Assembly: GCA_022823665.1 (NCBI GenBank)
Contig: JAJEHN010000037.1
Coordinates: 115,439-179,438, forward strand
Direction: 5' to 3'
Source of the DNA: Thermoanaerobaculia bacterium
Lineage (GTDB): Bacteria; Acidobacteriota; Thermoanaerobaculia; Multivoradales; Multivoraceae
DNA: 64,000 nucleotides
Part shown: piece by piece, positions 18,115 to 28,008 of the stretch
Layout of the letters: each line of letters opens with the position of its first letter
Numbering within the stretch: position 1 is the stretch's first letter
Translations under genes and position numbers: made by a program
Notes under the pieces: model-generated
What the model was told of the DNA's origin: nothing
The model's database searches: none
Seen by the model: the letters and a program-made list of their open reading frames with translations, nothing else

Positions 18115-19622
18115 CGTCTCCGGCGATCAGGCCGCGTTCGAGTCGCGAGACGCGTGCTCCGCGGTCCGGGCTCGTGGCGGTGGCCGTCGAGGCGCCGAAA
18201 GTAGCTCCCGAGGAGTTTCTCCGGATGGCCTCGCGGCGCTTCCGTGAGATCGGGCCGGTGGGCCACCTGTGGTCGCCGTCCGGCGGGATCCAGTGCGCCG
18301 GCTGGGGCGTGGCCCGGCGGTTCGAAATCGCCGGCCAGGCGCCGTCCGGCGGGTTCGCGGGCGGGAACGGCGATGGCGGTCCCGAGGCCCCCGCGGACGG
18401 TGTCGCGCTCGACCAGGTTGCGGCGCAGGCGTCCGGGCTGTTTCGCGAACTGGCCGGTGCGGACGATGTGCCGTTGCGGCTCTTCGGCGGGCTCGCGTTC
18501 GATCCTGGATCGGACCGCGCCGGCTCCAGGGCGTCCGACTGGACCGAGTTCGGCGCCGGGAGCTTCGTGCTGCCGCGGCTGGGCTACCTCGCTGACGGGG
18601 ACGCCGCACATCTGTATGCGGTCATTGACGGGACCGCGGTCGGGGCGTCGCCGGAGTGGCGCCGGCGTCTGCGGCGGCTGGCGGAAGACCTCGACCCCGC
18701 CGGCGGCCTCGGAAGCGGCGCGAACGGCAACGGGCACCTGGGAGAGTTGCCGGAAGCGGCCAGGACCCTGGAGGCCCTCCCTGGAATCCTGCGGAGCCTC
18801 GATCGCCCGGCAGCCTCGGAGTGGCTCCGGCGCGTTGAAGAGCTGCGCGGAGAAGTGCTCTCCGGACGGCTGCAGAAGGTCGTCGCGGCGCGCGCCGTCG
18901 AGCTCGACCTCGACCGGCAGTTCGGCATCGACGACCTGGCCCGGATCGCCGGGCGCCTGCGGCAGAGCATGCCGACATGCACCTGCTTCGCCTTCCTGCG
19001 AGGCGGCTCGATCTTCTTCGGAGCGACGCCGGAACTGCTGGTCCGTCGCCGGGGCCGCCGGATCGAGACACAGGCGCTGGCCGGTTCGATCGCTGGCGAC
19101 CCCTCGCCCGCGCGGCGGCGCGAGTTGGAGCGGCGTCTGCTGGAGAGCCGGAAGGACCGGCTGGAGCACGATGTCGTCGTGCGCTATCTCGTCGAGCGCC
19201 TCGACCGGAGCTGCGGCGCCGTAGCGCCGCCGGCCCCTCGGGGGGTGCGCGTCCTGCCGAACGTGATGCACCTGGAGACGCCGATTCGCGCCGCGCTGCC
19301 GGAGACCGTCGAGCCGCCGCACGTGCTGCGGCTGGTGCGGGCGCTCCACCCGACCCCCGCGGTCGCCGGCAGACCAACGCCTCTCGCCCTGGCCGCCATC
19401 CGACGTACCGAAGAGCGGGATCGGGGCTGGTACGCGGGTCCGGTCGGCTGGTTCGACGGCAGCGGCGATGGCGAGTTCTCGGTCGCTCTCCGTTCCTGTC
19501 TCGCGACCCGGCGTCGAGGCCTGCTCTACTCGGGCAACGGCATCGTCGCCGACTCCGATCCCGCGCGCGAGCTGGTTGAGACGAACCTCAAGCTGGACGC
19601 GATTCTCGGAGCATGGGGCTAG
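18111..19622 (+). CDS. menF: isochorismate synthase (menaquinone-specific)
   Basis: Chorismate-binding C-terminus GATPELLVRR, LHPTPAVAG, WYAGPVGW. Start is either GTG 18111 (GTGA overlap with menG) or ATG 18225. Confidence 0.75.
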   Translation: MTSPAIRPRSSRETRAPRSGLVAVAVEAPKVAPEEFLRMASRRFREIGPVGHLWSPSGGIQCAGWGVARRFEIAGQAPSGGFAGGNGDGGPEAPADGVALDQVAAQASGLFRELAGADDVPLRLFGGLAFDPGSDRAGSRASDWTEFGAGSFVLPRLGYLADGDAAHLYAVIDGTAVGASPEWRRRLRRLAEDLDPAGGLGSGANGNGHLGELPEAARTLEALPGILRSLDRPAASEWLRRVEELRGEVLSGRLQKVVAARAVELDLDRQFGIDDLARIAGRLRQSMPTCTCFAFLRGGSIFFGATPELLVRRRGRRIETQALAGSIAGDPSPARRRELERRLLESRKDRLEHDVVVRYLVERLDRSCGAVAPPAPRGVRVLPNVMHLETPIRAALPETVEPPHVLRLVRALHPTPAVAGRPTPLALAAIRRTEERDRGWYAGPVGWFDGSGDGEFSVALRSCLATRRRGLLYSGNGIVADSDPARELVETNLKLDAILGAWG

Positions 19623-21430
19623 CGGGAGCCGGCGCGGGCGAAGCGCAGTTTCAGCGAGCGCGGCTACTGGTCGGCGCCCTGATGCGGGCCGGCGTCCGGC
19701 GGGCCGTCACGAGCCCGGGTTCCCGCTCGACGCCGCTGGTGCTGGCGGCGCTCGATGCGGCGGCGGCCGGGCTGGACGTCGCCAGTGTCATCGACGAGCG
19801 GGCGGCCGGGTTCTTCGCGCTCGGTCAGGCACGGGCCACGGGCGTGCCGACGGTCCTGATCTGCACTTCGGGGACGGCGCCGGCCCACTACCTGCCGGCG
19901 ATGATGGAAGCCCGCGAGGCCGGGGTTCCGCTGATCGCCCTGACTGCCGACCGACCGATGGAGTTGATGGACTGCGGGGCGCCGCAGACGACCGACCAGA
20001 CGAAGATCTTCGGTTCGGTCGTCAGCCACTTCGCCGAGGTGGATCTAGCGGGTCCGGTCGATCCGCTGAGCCTGCGTGCGCTTCGTCGGACGGCCGTGCA
20101 GGCGGTGTTCCGTTCCCGCTTGCCGCGCGGTGGCGCGGTTCACCTGAACGTGCGGGCGCGCAAACCGCTGGAGCCGGAGGTGGATGCCAAGGACGGTGCG
20201 CTCGCGGCTGCCGTTGACGCTCTGCTCGAGGAGCCGGTCGAAGCGGCTGTGCCCGCGGCGCAACCGGATCCGGCGGCGCTGGATCGGGCGGCGGCGTTGT
20301 GCCGGCGAGCGGAGCGCGGGCTGATCGTCGCCGGTCCCTTGCCTCTTCCGTCGCCGGACTGCCGACGGGACGCTGACGCCTGGGGTCTGGCGAAGCTCGC
20401 GCGGCGGACAGGCTTCCCGCTACTCGCGGAAGCCACGAGTCAGGGCAGGTTCACGGAGGGAGACACCGCGGCCGACGCCGCGCGGCTCGGAGCGGCCTGG
20501 ATAGCCGACGGCGGAGAAGGCCTGCCTCTTCCGGACCTGGTTCTGCAGGTCGGAGCGCCGCCGGTCGCGGCGGGCGCTCAGCGCCTGATCGAGGCCGCGG
20601 GGGCGCGTCAGATCGTGCTGTCGGACGGTCCCTGGACCGATCCGGACGGACTCGCTTCGGTGTTTCTGTTCGGAGGTGTCGAACGCTCGGTTGCCGGACT
20701 CTGTCGACGACTCGGGGATGCGAAGCCGAGTACTGAGGCAGCCGGCTGGCGGGAGGAGGTTCTCGCATTGTGCGGGCGATTTCGGGCGGCGGTGGCGCGA
20801 CTTGACTCCGACGATCTCGGGTTTCATGACGGGGAAGCGGCCGGAACGGCGGTCGCGGCAACGCCGGCGGACACGCTCCTCATGCTGGGCAACAGCCTGC
20901 CCGTGCGCCTGGTCGAAACCTGGGCCGCGCGTCCGGGCCGCCGGATCTGGGTTGCGAGCCAGCGGGGGTTGAGCGGGATCGACGGGTTGGTTGCGGGCTT
21001 CCTTGGTTCGCTTGGTACCGGTGACTTCCCGGCCGGCCTGCTGCTCGCGGGCGACGTCAGCCTGCTGCACGATCTCGACGGTCTGGCGATCGCTCCCGAG
21101 TACGGCGACGGTCCGCCGGCCGTGGTCGTGGTGATCGACAACCAGGGCGGACGGATCTTCGACCGGCTCCCGATCGCGAAGGCCGGGATCTTCCGTGGCC
21201 CGGCAGGCAGGCACTGGTTGACGCCTCACGGGGTCGACTTCGGCGGCCTGGCGCGTGCGTTCGGCGTACCTTACGCACGAGTGGAAGATGCCCCGGCGCT
21301 CGCGCGGGAGATCGAGTCGGCCCTCGGTCGGAGAGGCGTTTCCCTGGTCGTAGCGGGGGTCGCCCCCGGGGCTCTGGCGACGGCGGAGGAGTCGCTGCGG
21401 CAGGCCATGGGTGCGTCGTCGTCGCGATGA
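19613..21430 (+). CDS. menD: 2-succinyl-5-enolpyruvyl-6-hydroxy-3-cyclohexene-1-carboxylate synthase
   Basis: Collinear with E. coli MenD: SPGSRSTPL, ICTSGTA, LTADRP, GNSLPVR, GASGIDG-like GLSGIDG, VIDNQGGRIF. Confidence 0.85.
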   Translation: MGLAGAGAGEAQFQRARLLVGALMRAGVRRAVTSPGSRSTPLVLAALDAAAAGLDVASVIDERAAGFFALGQARATGVPTVLICTSGTAPAHYLPAMMEAREAGVPLIALTADRPMELMDCGAPQTTDQTKIFGSVVSHFAEVDLAGPVDPLSLRALRRTAVQAVFRSRLPRGGAVHLNVRARKPLEPEVDAKDGALAAAVDALLEEPVEAAVPAAQPDPAALDRAAALCRRAERGLIVAGPLPLPSPDCRRDADAWGLAKLARRTGFPLLAEATSQGRFTEGDTAADAARLGAAWIADGGEGLPLPDLVLQVGAPPVAAGAQRLIEAAGARQIVLSDGPWTDPDGLASVFLFGGVERSVAGLCRRLGDAKPSTEAAGWREEVLALCGRFRAAVARLDSDDLGFHDGEAAGTAVAATPADTLLMLGNSLPVRLVETWAARPGRRIWVASQRGLSGIDGLVAGFLGSLGTGDFPAGLLLAGDVSLLHDLDGLAIAPEYGDGPPAVVVVIDNQGGRIFDRLPIAKAGIFRGPAGRHWLTPHGVDFGGLARAFGVPYARVEDAPALAREIESALGRRGVSLVVAGVAPGALATAEESLRQAMGASSSR

Positions 21431-22200
21431 CGACGGCCGTCCTGATCCACGGCTTCTCGGGTGGTCCGGCCAGCTGGCGGCAGGTGGAAGCGCTGCTCGA
21501 CGCGCCGAGCCACGCGCTGGCGGTCTGTGGTCATGGTGGCGAAAGTCCGCCGGCGATCTCCACGGGCTCGGCGGCGTTCGAGGTCGAGGTCGATCGGCTG
21601 GCGGCCGCCGTCGAGGCCGAAGTGCCGGCGCCTCGCCTCGTGGTTGGCTACTCCCTGGGGGGGCGGCTGGCTCTCGGCCTGCTGGTCCGTCGCCCGGACC
21701 TGTTTCGCGGCGGCGTTCTGATCGGCGCGAACCCGGGCATCGCCGGCGAGGACGTCCGCGTCGCTCGCCGGCGCGACGACGACCGCTGGGCTCGGCTCAT
21801 CGAGGAAGAGGGCCTCGCCTCCTTCGACAGCGGGTGGTCGGCCTTGCCTCTGTTCGCCAGTCAGCACGACCTGGATGCCGGACGGCTGGCGGAGCAGCGG
21901 CGTACTCGCCTCAGCCACGATCCCGCGGCCCTGGGGGCGGCGATGAGAGCGCTCGGTCTCGGCGCCATGCCGGACTACCGACCCTTCCTGTCCTCGATCT
22001 TCTGCCCGGTCGAATTGATCGTTGGCAGTCTGGACTCGAAGTTCGTCGGTCTGGCGCGACAGATGGCCGGACGCCTTCCGGTCGCCACGGTCCGCATCGT
22101 CGACGGAGTTGGCCACAATGTTCCACTGGAGGCGCCCGCCGAGCTGGCCCGGCTCCTGAACGCGACCCTGGGCAAGGTTGATCGGGACCGCCGGTGCTGA
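21427..22200 (+). CDS. menH: 2-succinyl-6-hydroxy-2,4-cyclohexadiene-1-carboxylate synthase (alpha/beta hydrolase)
   Basis: [15 protein letters not shown] nucleophile elbow, C-terminal GHN. Collinear with E. coli MenH. Confidence 0.8.
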   Translation: MTTAVLIHGFSGGPASWRQVEALLDAPSHALAVCGHGGESPPAISTGSAAFEVEVDRLAAAVEAEVPAPRLVVGYSLGGRLALGLLVRRPDLFRGGVLIGANPGIAGEDVRVARRRDDDRWARLIEEEGLASFDSGWSALPLFASQHDLDAGRLAEQRRTRLSHDPAALGAAMRALGLGAMPDYRPFLSSIFCPVELIVGSLDSKFVGLARQMAGRLPVATVRIVDGVGHNVPLEAPAELARLLNATLGKVDRDRRC

Positions 22201-22246
22201 TGGCGCGGCCCGTTGTAGTGTCGCCGATCGAAGGAGGCGGGAGGGG

Positions 22247-23095
22247 ATGAGCGGAGAATCGCACCAGGAATGGCGGAGCGGCGGTGACTACACGGACATC
22301 CGCTACGAGAAGTCATACGTCGACGGCGAGCCGGAGGGGATCGCCAAGATCACGATCAACCGGCCGGAGGTGCGCAACGCCTTTCGGCCGCTGACGGTCC
22401 AGGAGATGAGCGCGGCGGTCGACGTGGCCCGCGATGACGGCGAGGTCGGCGCGGTGATCCTGACCGGCGAAGGGCGCAGCGCCTTCTGTTCGGGTGGCGA
22501 CCAGCGCATCCGGGGCGATGCCGGCTACGTCGGCGACGACGGCGTGCCGCGCCTGAACGTCCTCGACCTGCAGCGTCAGATCCGCACGTTGCCCAAGCCG
22601 GTCGTGGCGATGGTCGCCGGCTACGCGATCGGCGGGGGCCATGTGCTGCACATGGTCTGCGATCTGACGATTGCCGCCGACAACGCCCGCTTCGGCCAGA
22701 CGGGGCCGCGGGTGGGCAGCTTCGACGGCGGTTACGGCGCCTCGTACATGGCGCGGATCGTGGGTCAGAAGAAGGCGCGGGAGATCTGGTTCCTGTGCCG
22801 CCAGTACAACGCCCGGCAGGCGCTGGACATGGGCCTCGTCAACACGGTCGTCCCGCTCGACCGGCTGGAACAGGAGACCCTTCAGTGGTGCCGGGAGATG
22901 CTGGCCAACAGCCCGATGGCGCTCCGCTGCCTGAAGGCGGCGATGAACGCCGACTGCGACGGTCAGGCCGGCCTCCAGGAGCTGGCGGGGAACGCGACCC
23001 TGCTGTTCTACATGACGCAGGAGGGCCAGGAGGGCCGGCAGGCGTTCCTGGAGAAGCGGAAGCCGGACTTCTCGAAGTTCCAGCGATACCCATGA
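22247..23095 (+). CDS. menB: 1,4-dihydroxy-2-naphthoyl-CoA synthase
   Basis: ATG 22247 after AAGGAGGCGGGAGGGG. Crotonase fold: [29 protein letters not shown], terminal [10 protein letters not shown]. Confidence 0.9.
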   Translation: MSGESHQEWRSGGDYTDIRYEKSYVDGEPEGIAKITINRPEVRNAFRPLTVQEMSAAVDVARDDGEVGAVILTGEGRSAFCSGGDQRIRGDAGYVGDDGVPRLNVLDLQRQIRTLPKPVVAMVAGYAIGGGHVLHMVCDLTIAADNARFGQTGPRVGSFDGGYGASYMARIVGQKKAREIWFLCRQYNARQALDMGLVNTVVPLDRLEQETLQWCREMLANSPMALRCLKAAMNADCDGQAGLQELAGNATLLFYMTQEGQEGRQAFLEKRKPDFSKFQRYP

Positions 23096-23994
23096 GCCCG
23101 GGCGAGCGCCGCCCCGGCAACCTGGGGGCGTGGGCGCAGGCGATTCGTCCGAAGACGCTGTGGGCGGCGGTGACGCCGGTTGTGGTCGGCTCAGCCTGCG
23201 CGATGTCCGTATCGGGCTTTCGGCTCGGTCCGGCCTTGGCCGCGCTGGGCGTCGGCGTCTTCATCCAGATCGGCACGAACCTGTCGAACGACGTGCTCGA
23301 CTTCGATCGCGGCGCCGACACGGAACGCCGGGTCGGGCCAGTGCGGGCGGTGCAATCGGGGCTGCTCGGCCGCGGCCAGGTGTGGGTCGGGGCGTGGATC
23401 GCCTTCGGTCTCTGCGTGGTTTGCGGGCTCTACCTGGCGGCGGTCGCGGGCTGGCCGGTGCTGGTAGTCGGCGCTGTTTCGATCGCATCGGGGCTGCTGT
23501 ACACGGCCGGCCCCTGGGCGCTGGCCTATGTCGGCCTGGGCGACCTGTTCGTCTTCCTGTTCTTCGGTCTGGCCGCCGTGGTCGGCACGGCGTACGTCCA
23601 GGCGCTGGAAGTCCCGGCCGTCGCCTGGTGGGCGGCGGTCGCCGTTGGCGCCCTGGCCACGGCGATCCTCGTCGTGAACAACCTTCGCGACCGCGAGACG
23701 GACGCGGCGGCCGGCAAGCGGACGCTGGCGGTGCGCTTCGGCGCGCGCTTCACGCGGCTGGAGTACGCGGCGCTGCTGCTGGCCGGGCATGCCGCTGCCC
23801 TGCCGCTGGTCGTCCGCTTCGGTCCGTGGCCCCTGCTGTCGTGGCTGGCTCTGCCGTTCGCGGTCGCCGTGCTGCGGTCCGTGTGGCACGGCGAGGGCGC
23901 GGCCCTCAACCTGGCGCTGGCGGCGACCGCCCGCCTGCTTCTCCTGTTCGGCGTCCTCCTGTCGATCGGCATCGTGCTGGGGGCCCGGCACTGA
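23092..23994 (+). CDS. menA: 1,4-dihydroxy-2-naphthoate polyprenyltransferase
   Basis: ATGA overlap with menB. UbiA-fold membrane protein: [11 protein letters not shown] and NNLRDRETD motifs, about 8 TM helices. Confidence 0.85.
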   Translation: MSPGERRPGNLGAWAQAIRPKTLWAAVTPVVVGSACAMSVSGFRLGPALAALGVGVFIQIGTNLSNDVLDFDRGADTERRVGPVRAVQSGLLGRGQVWVGAWIAFGLCVVCGLYLAAVAGWPVLVVGAVSIASGLLYTAGPWALAYVGLGDLFVFLFFGLAAVVGTAYVQALEVPAVAWWAAVAVGALATAILVVNNLRDRETDAAAGKRTLAVRFGARFTRLEYAALLLAGHAAALPLVVRFGPWPLLSWLALPFAVAVLRSVWHGEGAALNLALAATARLLLLFGVLLSIGIVLGARH

Positions 23995-25448
23995 GCGACG
24001 CACTCTCGGTTCGGGCGGCAGGGCGTGAAGCACCCGCCGGGACGGCGCTGGTCGACGGTGGCCATCAGGTCGGCTGGGCGGAGCTTGCGGAGCGGGTGGA
24101 TCGGACGCGAGACGCGCTGCGTCCACGGCTCGACGAACTGGACGCGCCGGTCGTCGCCGTCGTTGGGGGCACGGGGCCCGACACCGTGGTCAACCTTCTC
24201 GCGCTGCTTGAGGACCGGGTCTCGTTCGTGCTGATCCATCCCCGGTGGACACGCGCCGAACGCGACCGCGCGATCGGGATGGCCGGAGCCTGCCTGTGCC
24301 TGGAGAGTGGCGGAGCCCTGGCCACGATGCCGGCGCCCGCCGCGGTCGGCAACCCGAGCGTCGGCCGGGGCGCTGCGATCGTCTTCACTTCCGGCACGAC
24401 GGGTCGGCCGCGGGGCGCGGTTCTCAGCCGGGCGGCGCTGCGCGCGTCGGCGCTCGCGCATGGACGGGTCCTGGGCTGGCGCGCCGGCGACCGCTGGGTC
24501 CTGAGCTTGCCGACGGCTCATGTGGGCGGCCTGATGATCGTCGTTCGCTGCCTCCACGCGCGGCGGACGGTGGTCGTGGGTGGACGTCGGGCTTCCGGGA
24601 GCTTCGATGTCGCCGAAACCCTTCGGGTCGTCGAACGCGACCGGATCACGCTTCTGTCCGTCGTGCCGACGATGCTCGCGCGGCTTCTTCATGCAACCAG
24701 GCGTCCGCCGCCGAGCCTGCGGGCCGTGCTCGTGGGCGGCGCCGGCGCTCCGCCGGCCCTGATGGAGCGGGCCAGAGAAAGCGGCTGGCCGGTGTTCGCG
24801 ACCTACGGGTTGACGGAGGCCTGTTCCCAGGTCGCGACGGAACGGCCGGGCGAGACGCCTGGAGGGGTGGGTGCGCCGCTGCCCGGGATCGAGGTGCGGG
24901 TTGCGGCTCCGGACGGGTTCGCCGGCACGATCCAGGTGCGGGGCCCCATTCAGGTCAGGGGAGAGAGCCTGTTCGACGGCTATCTGGGCGCGGAACCGGG
25001 GGCGCCGCTCGAACGGCCGTTCGAGGCGGACGGCTGGTTCGATACGGGCGACCTGGGTGCGATCGGCGAGGACGGCCGACTCCGGGTGGTGGGTCGAAGC
25101 TCCGACCGGATCGTGAGCGGGGGCGAGAACGTCGATCCCGCGGAAGTCGAAGCGGCCGTCGTGGAGTGGCCCGGCGCGGCGGCCGCCTGCGTGGTCGGTC
25201 TGGAGGACGAGGAGTGGGGCGAAACGGTGGGCGCCGTCCTGGTCCCGGCCGTCGGTTTCGAGTCCCTTGGCGGGCTGGCCGGACTCGGGAGGCACCTGGG
25301 GGGACGTCTCGCCGGGTTCAAGCGGCCGCGGTGCTGGCGTGTCGTGGATGGGCTGCCGATGGCCGCTTCGGGCAAGGTGGACCGAAGCGCCTGCGTTCGA
25401 CTCCTGGTCGAGTCGCCAGGCCCGCGGGCGGGGCGGGACGGACAGTGA
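23991..25448 (+). CDS. menE: o-succinylbenzoate--CoA ligase
   Basis: AMP-binding motifs TSGTTGRPRG, YGLTE, GWFDTGDLG, SGGENV, GKVDR. Region VGWAELAERVD aligns to the E. coli MenE N-terminus. No ATG/GTG/TTG upstream of it; nearest in-frame starts are CTG 23991 or GTG 24096. Confidence 0.75.
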   Translation: MSDALSVRAAGREAPAGTALVDGGHQVGWAELAERVDRTRDALRPRLDELDAPVVAVVGGTGPDTVVNLLALLEDRVSFVLIHPRWTRAERDRAIGMAGACLCLESGGALATMPAPAAVGNPSVGRGAAIVFTSGTTGRPRGAVLSRAALRASALAHGRVLGWRAGDRWVLSLPTAHVGGLMIVVRCLHARRTVVVGGRRASGSFDVAETLRVVERDRITLLSVVPTMLARLLHATRRPPPSLRAVLVGGAGAPPALMERARESGWPVFATYGLTEACSQVATERPGETPGGVGAPLPGIEVRVAAPDGFAGTIQVRGPIQVRGESLFDGYLGAEPGAPLERPFEADGWFDTGDLGAIGEDGRLRVVGRSSDRIVSGGENVDPAEVEAAVVEWPGAAAACVVGLEDEEWGETVGAVLVPAVGFESLGGLAGLGRHLGGRLAGFKRPRCWRVVDGLPMAASGKVDRSACVRLLVESPGPRAGRDGQ

Positions 25449-26836
25449 CTGTCGACGCCGCGGTCGCGGAGTTCCGGGACCGACTCGACCTCGAGCGGCG
25501 GCTCCGGCCCTTCGAAGCGCTTCGCTATCGGGCGAGCGACGCGGGGACCAGGGCCGTGCACCTGGACGACTTCGCCGCGATCCCGTTCCTCGACGGCGTG
25601 AGCGGCGTCGAGCACTACCAGCACAGGGCCCGGCTGCGGGCGCGGGGAGGCGACTGCTATGTAGCCTCGACGCCTGGGTCAGCCGGCTACGAGCGCTACT
25701 GCCGGGAGGTCCTCGGTCTCGGCGCGGTGGAGCTTCTGGCGGTCGACCCTGCGGGCGATCGGCTCGCGATCGCCCCCGCCTGCATGGAGAACCGCCCGCT
25801 TCTGGACCGGCTGGGAGCGCTTGCCCGCCGCGGGGGCCTCGTGGTCGAGCCCTTTCTCGGCGCCGAGGCGATCTGGGATCTGGCGGCGGCCGTTGCCGCC
25901 GAAACCGGCGCCCGGGTGCGGGTGCTGGCGCCGCCGCCGCCGGTGACCTGGATCGCCAACGACAAGGCGAACTTCGAGGACCTCGTCACCGCGGTCCTCG
26001 GTCCCGGCTTTCTGCCCGAAAGCCGCCGGTCGGCTTCGCCGGAAGCGCTGGCCCGCGCGCTGCTCGAGCTCTCGGAAACCGGTCCGTCCGTGGCGCTCAA
26101 GCGGCTGCGCTGCGCTTCGGCGATGGGCAACGAGGTGTTCGAGTCCGCGGCGCTGCGTCGCCGCGGACTCTCGGGCACATTGGACATCGTCCGGGATTTC
26201 CTCGAGAGGACCGGTTGGGAGGGCGGCGAGGACGTACTCGCGGTTCGCTGGGAGCAGGCGACATCGTCTCCTTCGACCCAGTGGTGGCTGCCGCCCCCTG
26301 GTGGCGGGGAGCCGACGCTCGACGGCGTCTACGAGCAGATCCTGGCCGGAGAGGAGGGTGTCTTCGTTGGCAGCCGGCCGAGTGGACTGGCGGCGGAGGT
26401 GGAGGAGCGGATCGTGTTCCAGTCGGGGCAGGTGGCGGACGCGCTGCAGCGGCTGGGCTACGTCGGCCGCTGTTCGTTCGACCACCTGGTGCTGGCGGAC
26501 GGACGAGTCGTGTTCACGGAGTGCAACGGCCGCTGGGGCGGCACGAGCACGCCGATGAGCCTGGTCGACCGGCTTTACCCGGGTGGCCGCCCGCCGTACC
26601 AGGCGCAGGCCTTCGTTCACCCGGGACTCACGGGGACCACGTTCGGGCAGCTCCTGGCGCGTTTGGGCGACGCCGTGCACGACCGCGGCTCGGGAGCCGG
26701 CCGGTTCCTGCTCTACAACGTGGGACCGCTGGCGCAGTTCGGCAAGTTCGATGTCGTGACGCTGGGCTCGAGCCGCGCCCACGTCGAGGAACTGATGACC
26801 CGGGAACTCCCGCGCCGGCTCGGGCTGGGAGCCTGA
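25445..26836 (+). CDS. hypothetical protein, ATP-grasp-like C-terminal half (ExNxR motif ECNGRWGG)
   Basis: GTGA overlap with the menE stop (GTG 25445). 463 aa, no men-pathway signature. ECNGRWGG fits the ATP-grasp Mg-binding E-x-N-x-R; GRCSFDHLVLADGRVVFTECN fits an ATP-grasp core strand. Confidence 0.5.
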   Translation: MTVDAAVAEFRDRLDLERRLRPFEALRYRASDAGTRAVHLDDFAAIPFLDGVSGVEHYQHRARLRARGGDCYVASTPGSAGYERYCREVLGLGAVELLAVDPAGDRLAIAPACMENRPLLDRLGALARRGGLVVEPFLGAEAIWDLAAAVAAETGARVRVLAPPPPVTWIANDKANFEDLVTAVLGPGFLPESRRSASPEALARALLELSETGPSVALKRLRCASAMGNEVFESAALRRRGLSGTLDIVRDFLERTGWEGGEDVLAVRWEQATSSPSTQWWLPPPGGGEPTLDGVYEQILAGEEGVFVGSRPSGLAAEVEERIVFQSGQVADALQRLGYVGRCSFDHLVLADGRVVFTECNGRWGGTSTPMSLVDRLYPGGRPPYQAQAFVHPGLTGTTFGQLLARLGDAVHDRGSGAGRFLLYNVGPLAQFGKFDVVTLGSSRAHVEELMTRELPRRLGLGA

Positions 26837-26864
26837 GCCGCGGGATGCAGCGCGGCGGGCCCGG

Positions 26865-27179
26865 CTAGCCGTCGTCGCGGAGGCTGCGGTCGAGCGCCTC
26901 GCTCATCTGGCGCAGGCGCTCCGCTTCGACTGGCGACAGTACGCCGCCGTCCTGGCAGGCCTCGATCGTCGAGGTCATCTCGTTCAGCCGGTCGAGCGCC
27001 TCGTCGGTCGACCCGCGTCGCTCGGGCGCCGCGTGAGCCGCCGCGAACAGCAGGGTCGACAGCGTGAGAGCAAGTCGGCGCAGACGCTGCCGCGGCGGCG
27101 CCGGGACGGATTCCGGCTCGGCGGTCGCGTCGTAGACGTCCGCCAGCAGGATGCGCGAGATCGCGTATGCGTCCTTCAC
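26865..27179 (-). CDS. small hypothetical protein (hydrophobic segment, C-terminal coiled region)
   Basis: GTG at 27179, 8 nt after the apaH TAA stop. RRLALTLSTLLFAAAHAAP hydrophobic stretch. Only the 3' end of a 334-aa GC-shadow ORF is considered real. Confidence 0.25.
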   Translation of the reverse strand: MKDAYAISRILLADVYDATAEPESVPAPPRQRLRRLALTLSTLLFAAAHAAPERRGSTDEALDRLNEMTSTIEACQDGGVLSPVEAERLRQMSEALDRSLRDDG

Positions 27180-27187
27180 CTCATTGG

Positions 27188-27997
27188 TTACAACGAACGG
27201 GAGGCCCGGTTGGTTTCCGGCAATCGATCGATCACCTTCTTCTGCAGGACGCGCCGGTCTTCGAGCCGGATTGCGGTGAGCCCCGCACCCCAGACGCAGC
27301 CGCTGTCGAGGGTAATCAGGTCGGGTCGCAGGCGGAGTCCGAGGGCGGCCCAGTGACCGGCGACGGCCGTATGGTCCGGGCAGCTCCGCGGCGCCACGTC
27401 GAACCAGGGTCGGAGTCCTGCCGGCGCTTCCTCGAGAGGGCCGCTGTAGTCGTGGGGTCGGCCTTTCCCGTCGAGCATCCGCATGCGGGTGAACGCCGCC
27501 AGCGACTTCTTGTTCCGGCGGCACAGCAGGCTCTTCGCCTTCGGGCCGCGGAGCTTTCGTTCGAGCCGCCTGGCCGCCTCGGTGACGTCCTCTCTGGACC
27601 AGCCGGGCCGCAGCCCCGCGTGGACGAGGACGTGGTCGCGTCCTGCGATCCGTTCGAAGTGAACGAAGGGCCGCCGGCGCAGCCAGTCGACCAGTTCGGG
27701 TGCGTCCGCCGCCTTGAGGGCCTTCTTCAGGGTGTCTCGCGGTTTCTTGCTGGTCACCCCAAGGTGCCGCGCGATCAGGTGCAGGTCGTGGTTTCCGAGC
27801 ACGACCTGGAACCGATCGCCCATCTCGGCGTCCAGCGTGCGCGCCCAGCGCAGCGTCTCGAGTGAGCACGGTCCCCTGTTCACCAGGTCGCCCACCATCC
27901 AGAGGCGGTCCCTCCGGACGTCGAACTCCATTCGGCCGAGCAGGGCCTGGAGCGTTCGGAAGCAGCCGTGGACGTCGCCGATCGCCCAGGTCGCCAC
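27188..27997 (-). CDS. apaH: bis(5'-nucleosyl)-tetraphosphatase, symmetrical
   Basis: GTG 27997 (VATWAIGDVHGCF...), 11 nt after the upstream gene stop. Metallophosphatase motifs GDVHG, GDLVNRGP, GNHD. The longer 508-aa ORF extension is rejected. Confidence 0.8.
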   Translation of the reverse strand: MATWAIGDVHGCFRTLQALLGRMEFDVRRDRLWMVGDLVNRGPCSLETLRWARTLDAEMGDRFQVVLGNHDLHLIARHLGVTSKKPRDTLKKALKAADAPELVDWLRRRPFVHFERIAGRDHVLVHAGLRPGWSREDVTEAARRLERKLRGPKAKSLLCRRNKKSLAAFTRMRMLDGKGRPHDYSGPLEEAPAGLRPWFDVAPRSCPDHTAVAGHWAALGLRLRPDLITLDSGCVWGAGLTAIRLEDRRVLQKKVIDRLPETNRASRSL

Positions 27998-28008
27998 CGG
28001 ATTCCCTG

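Noticed and set aside
18244-19224. 326-aa alternate-frame ORF inside menF, and many other 60-200-aa ORFs in the track.
   Set aside because: They are embedded in well-supported genes, lack motifs, and have the composition of GC-rich shadow ORFs.
23130-23990. Upstream part of the 772-aa ORF overlapping menA, and similar frames 23191..24126(-) and 23526..25295(-).
   Set aside because: They overlap a well-supported UbiA-family menA and the AMP-binding menE. Translations are low complexity.
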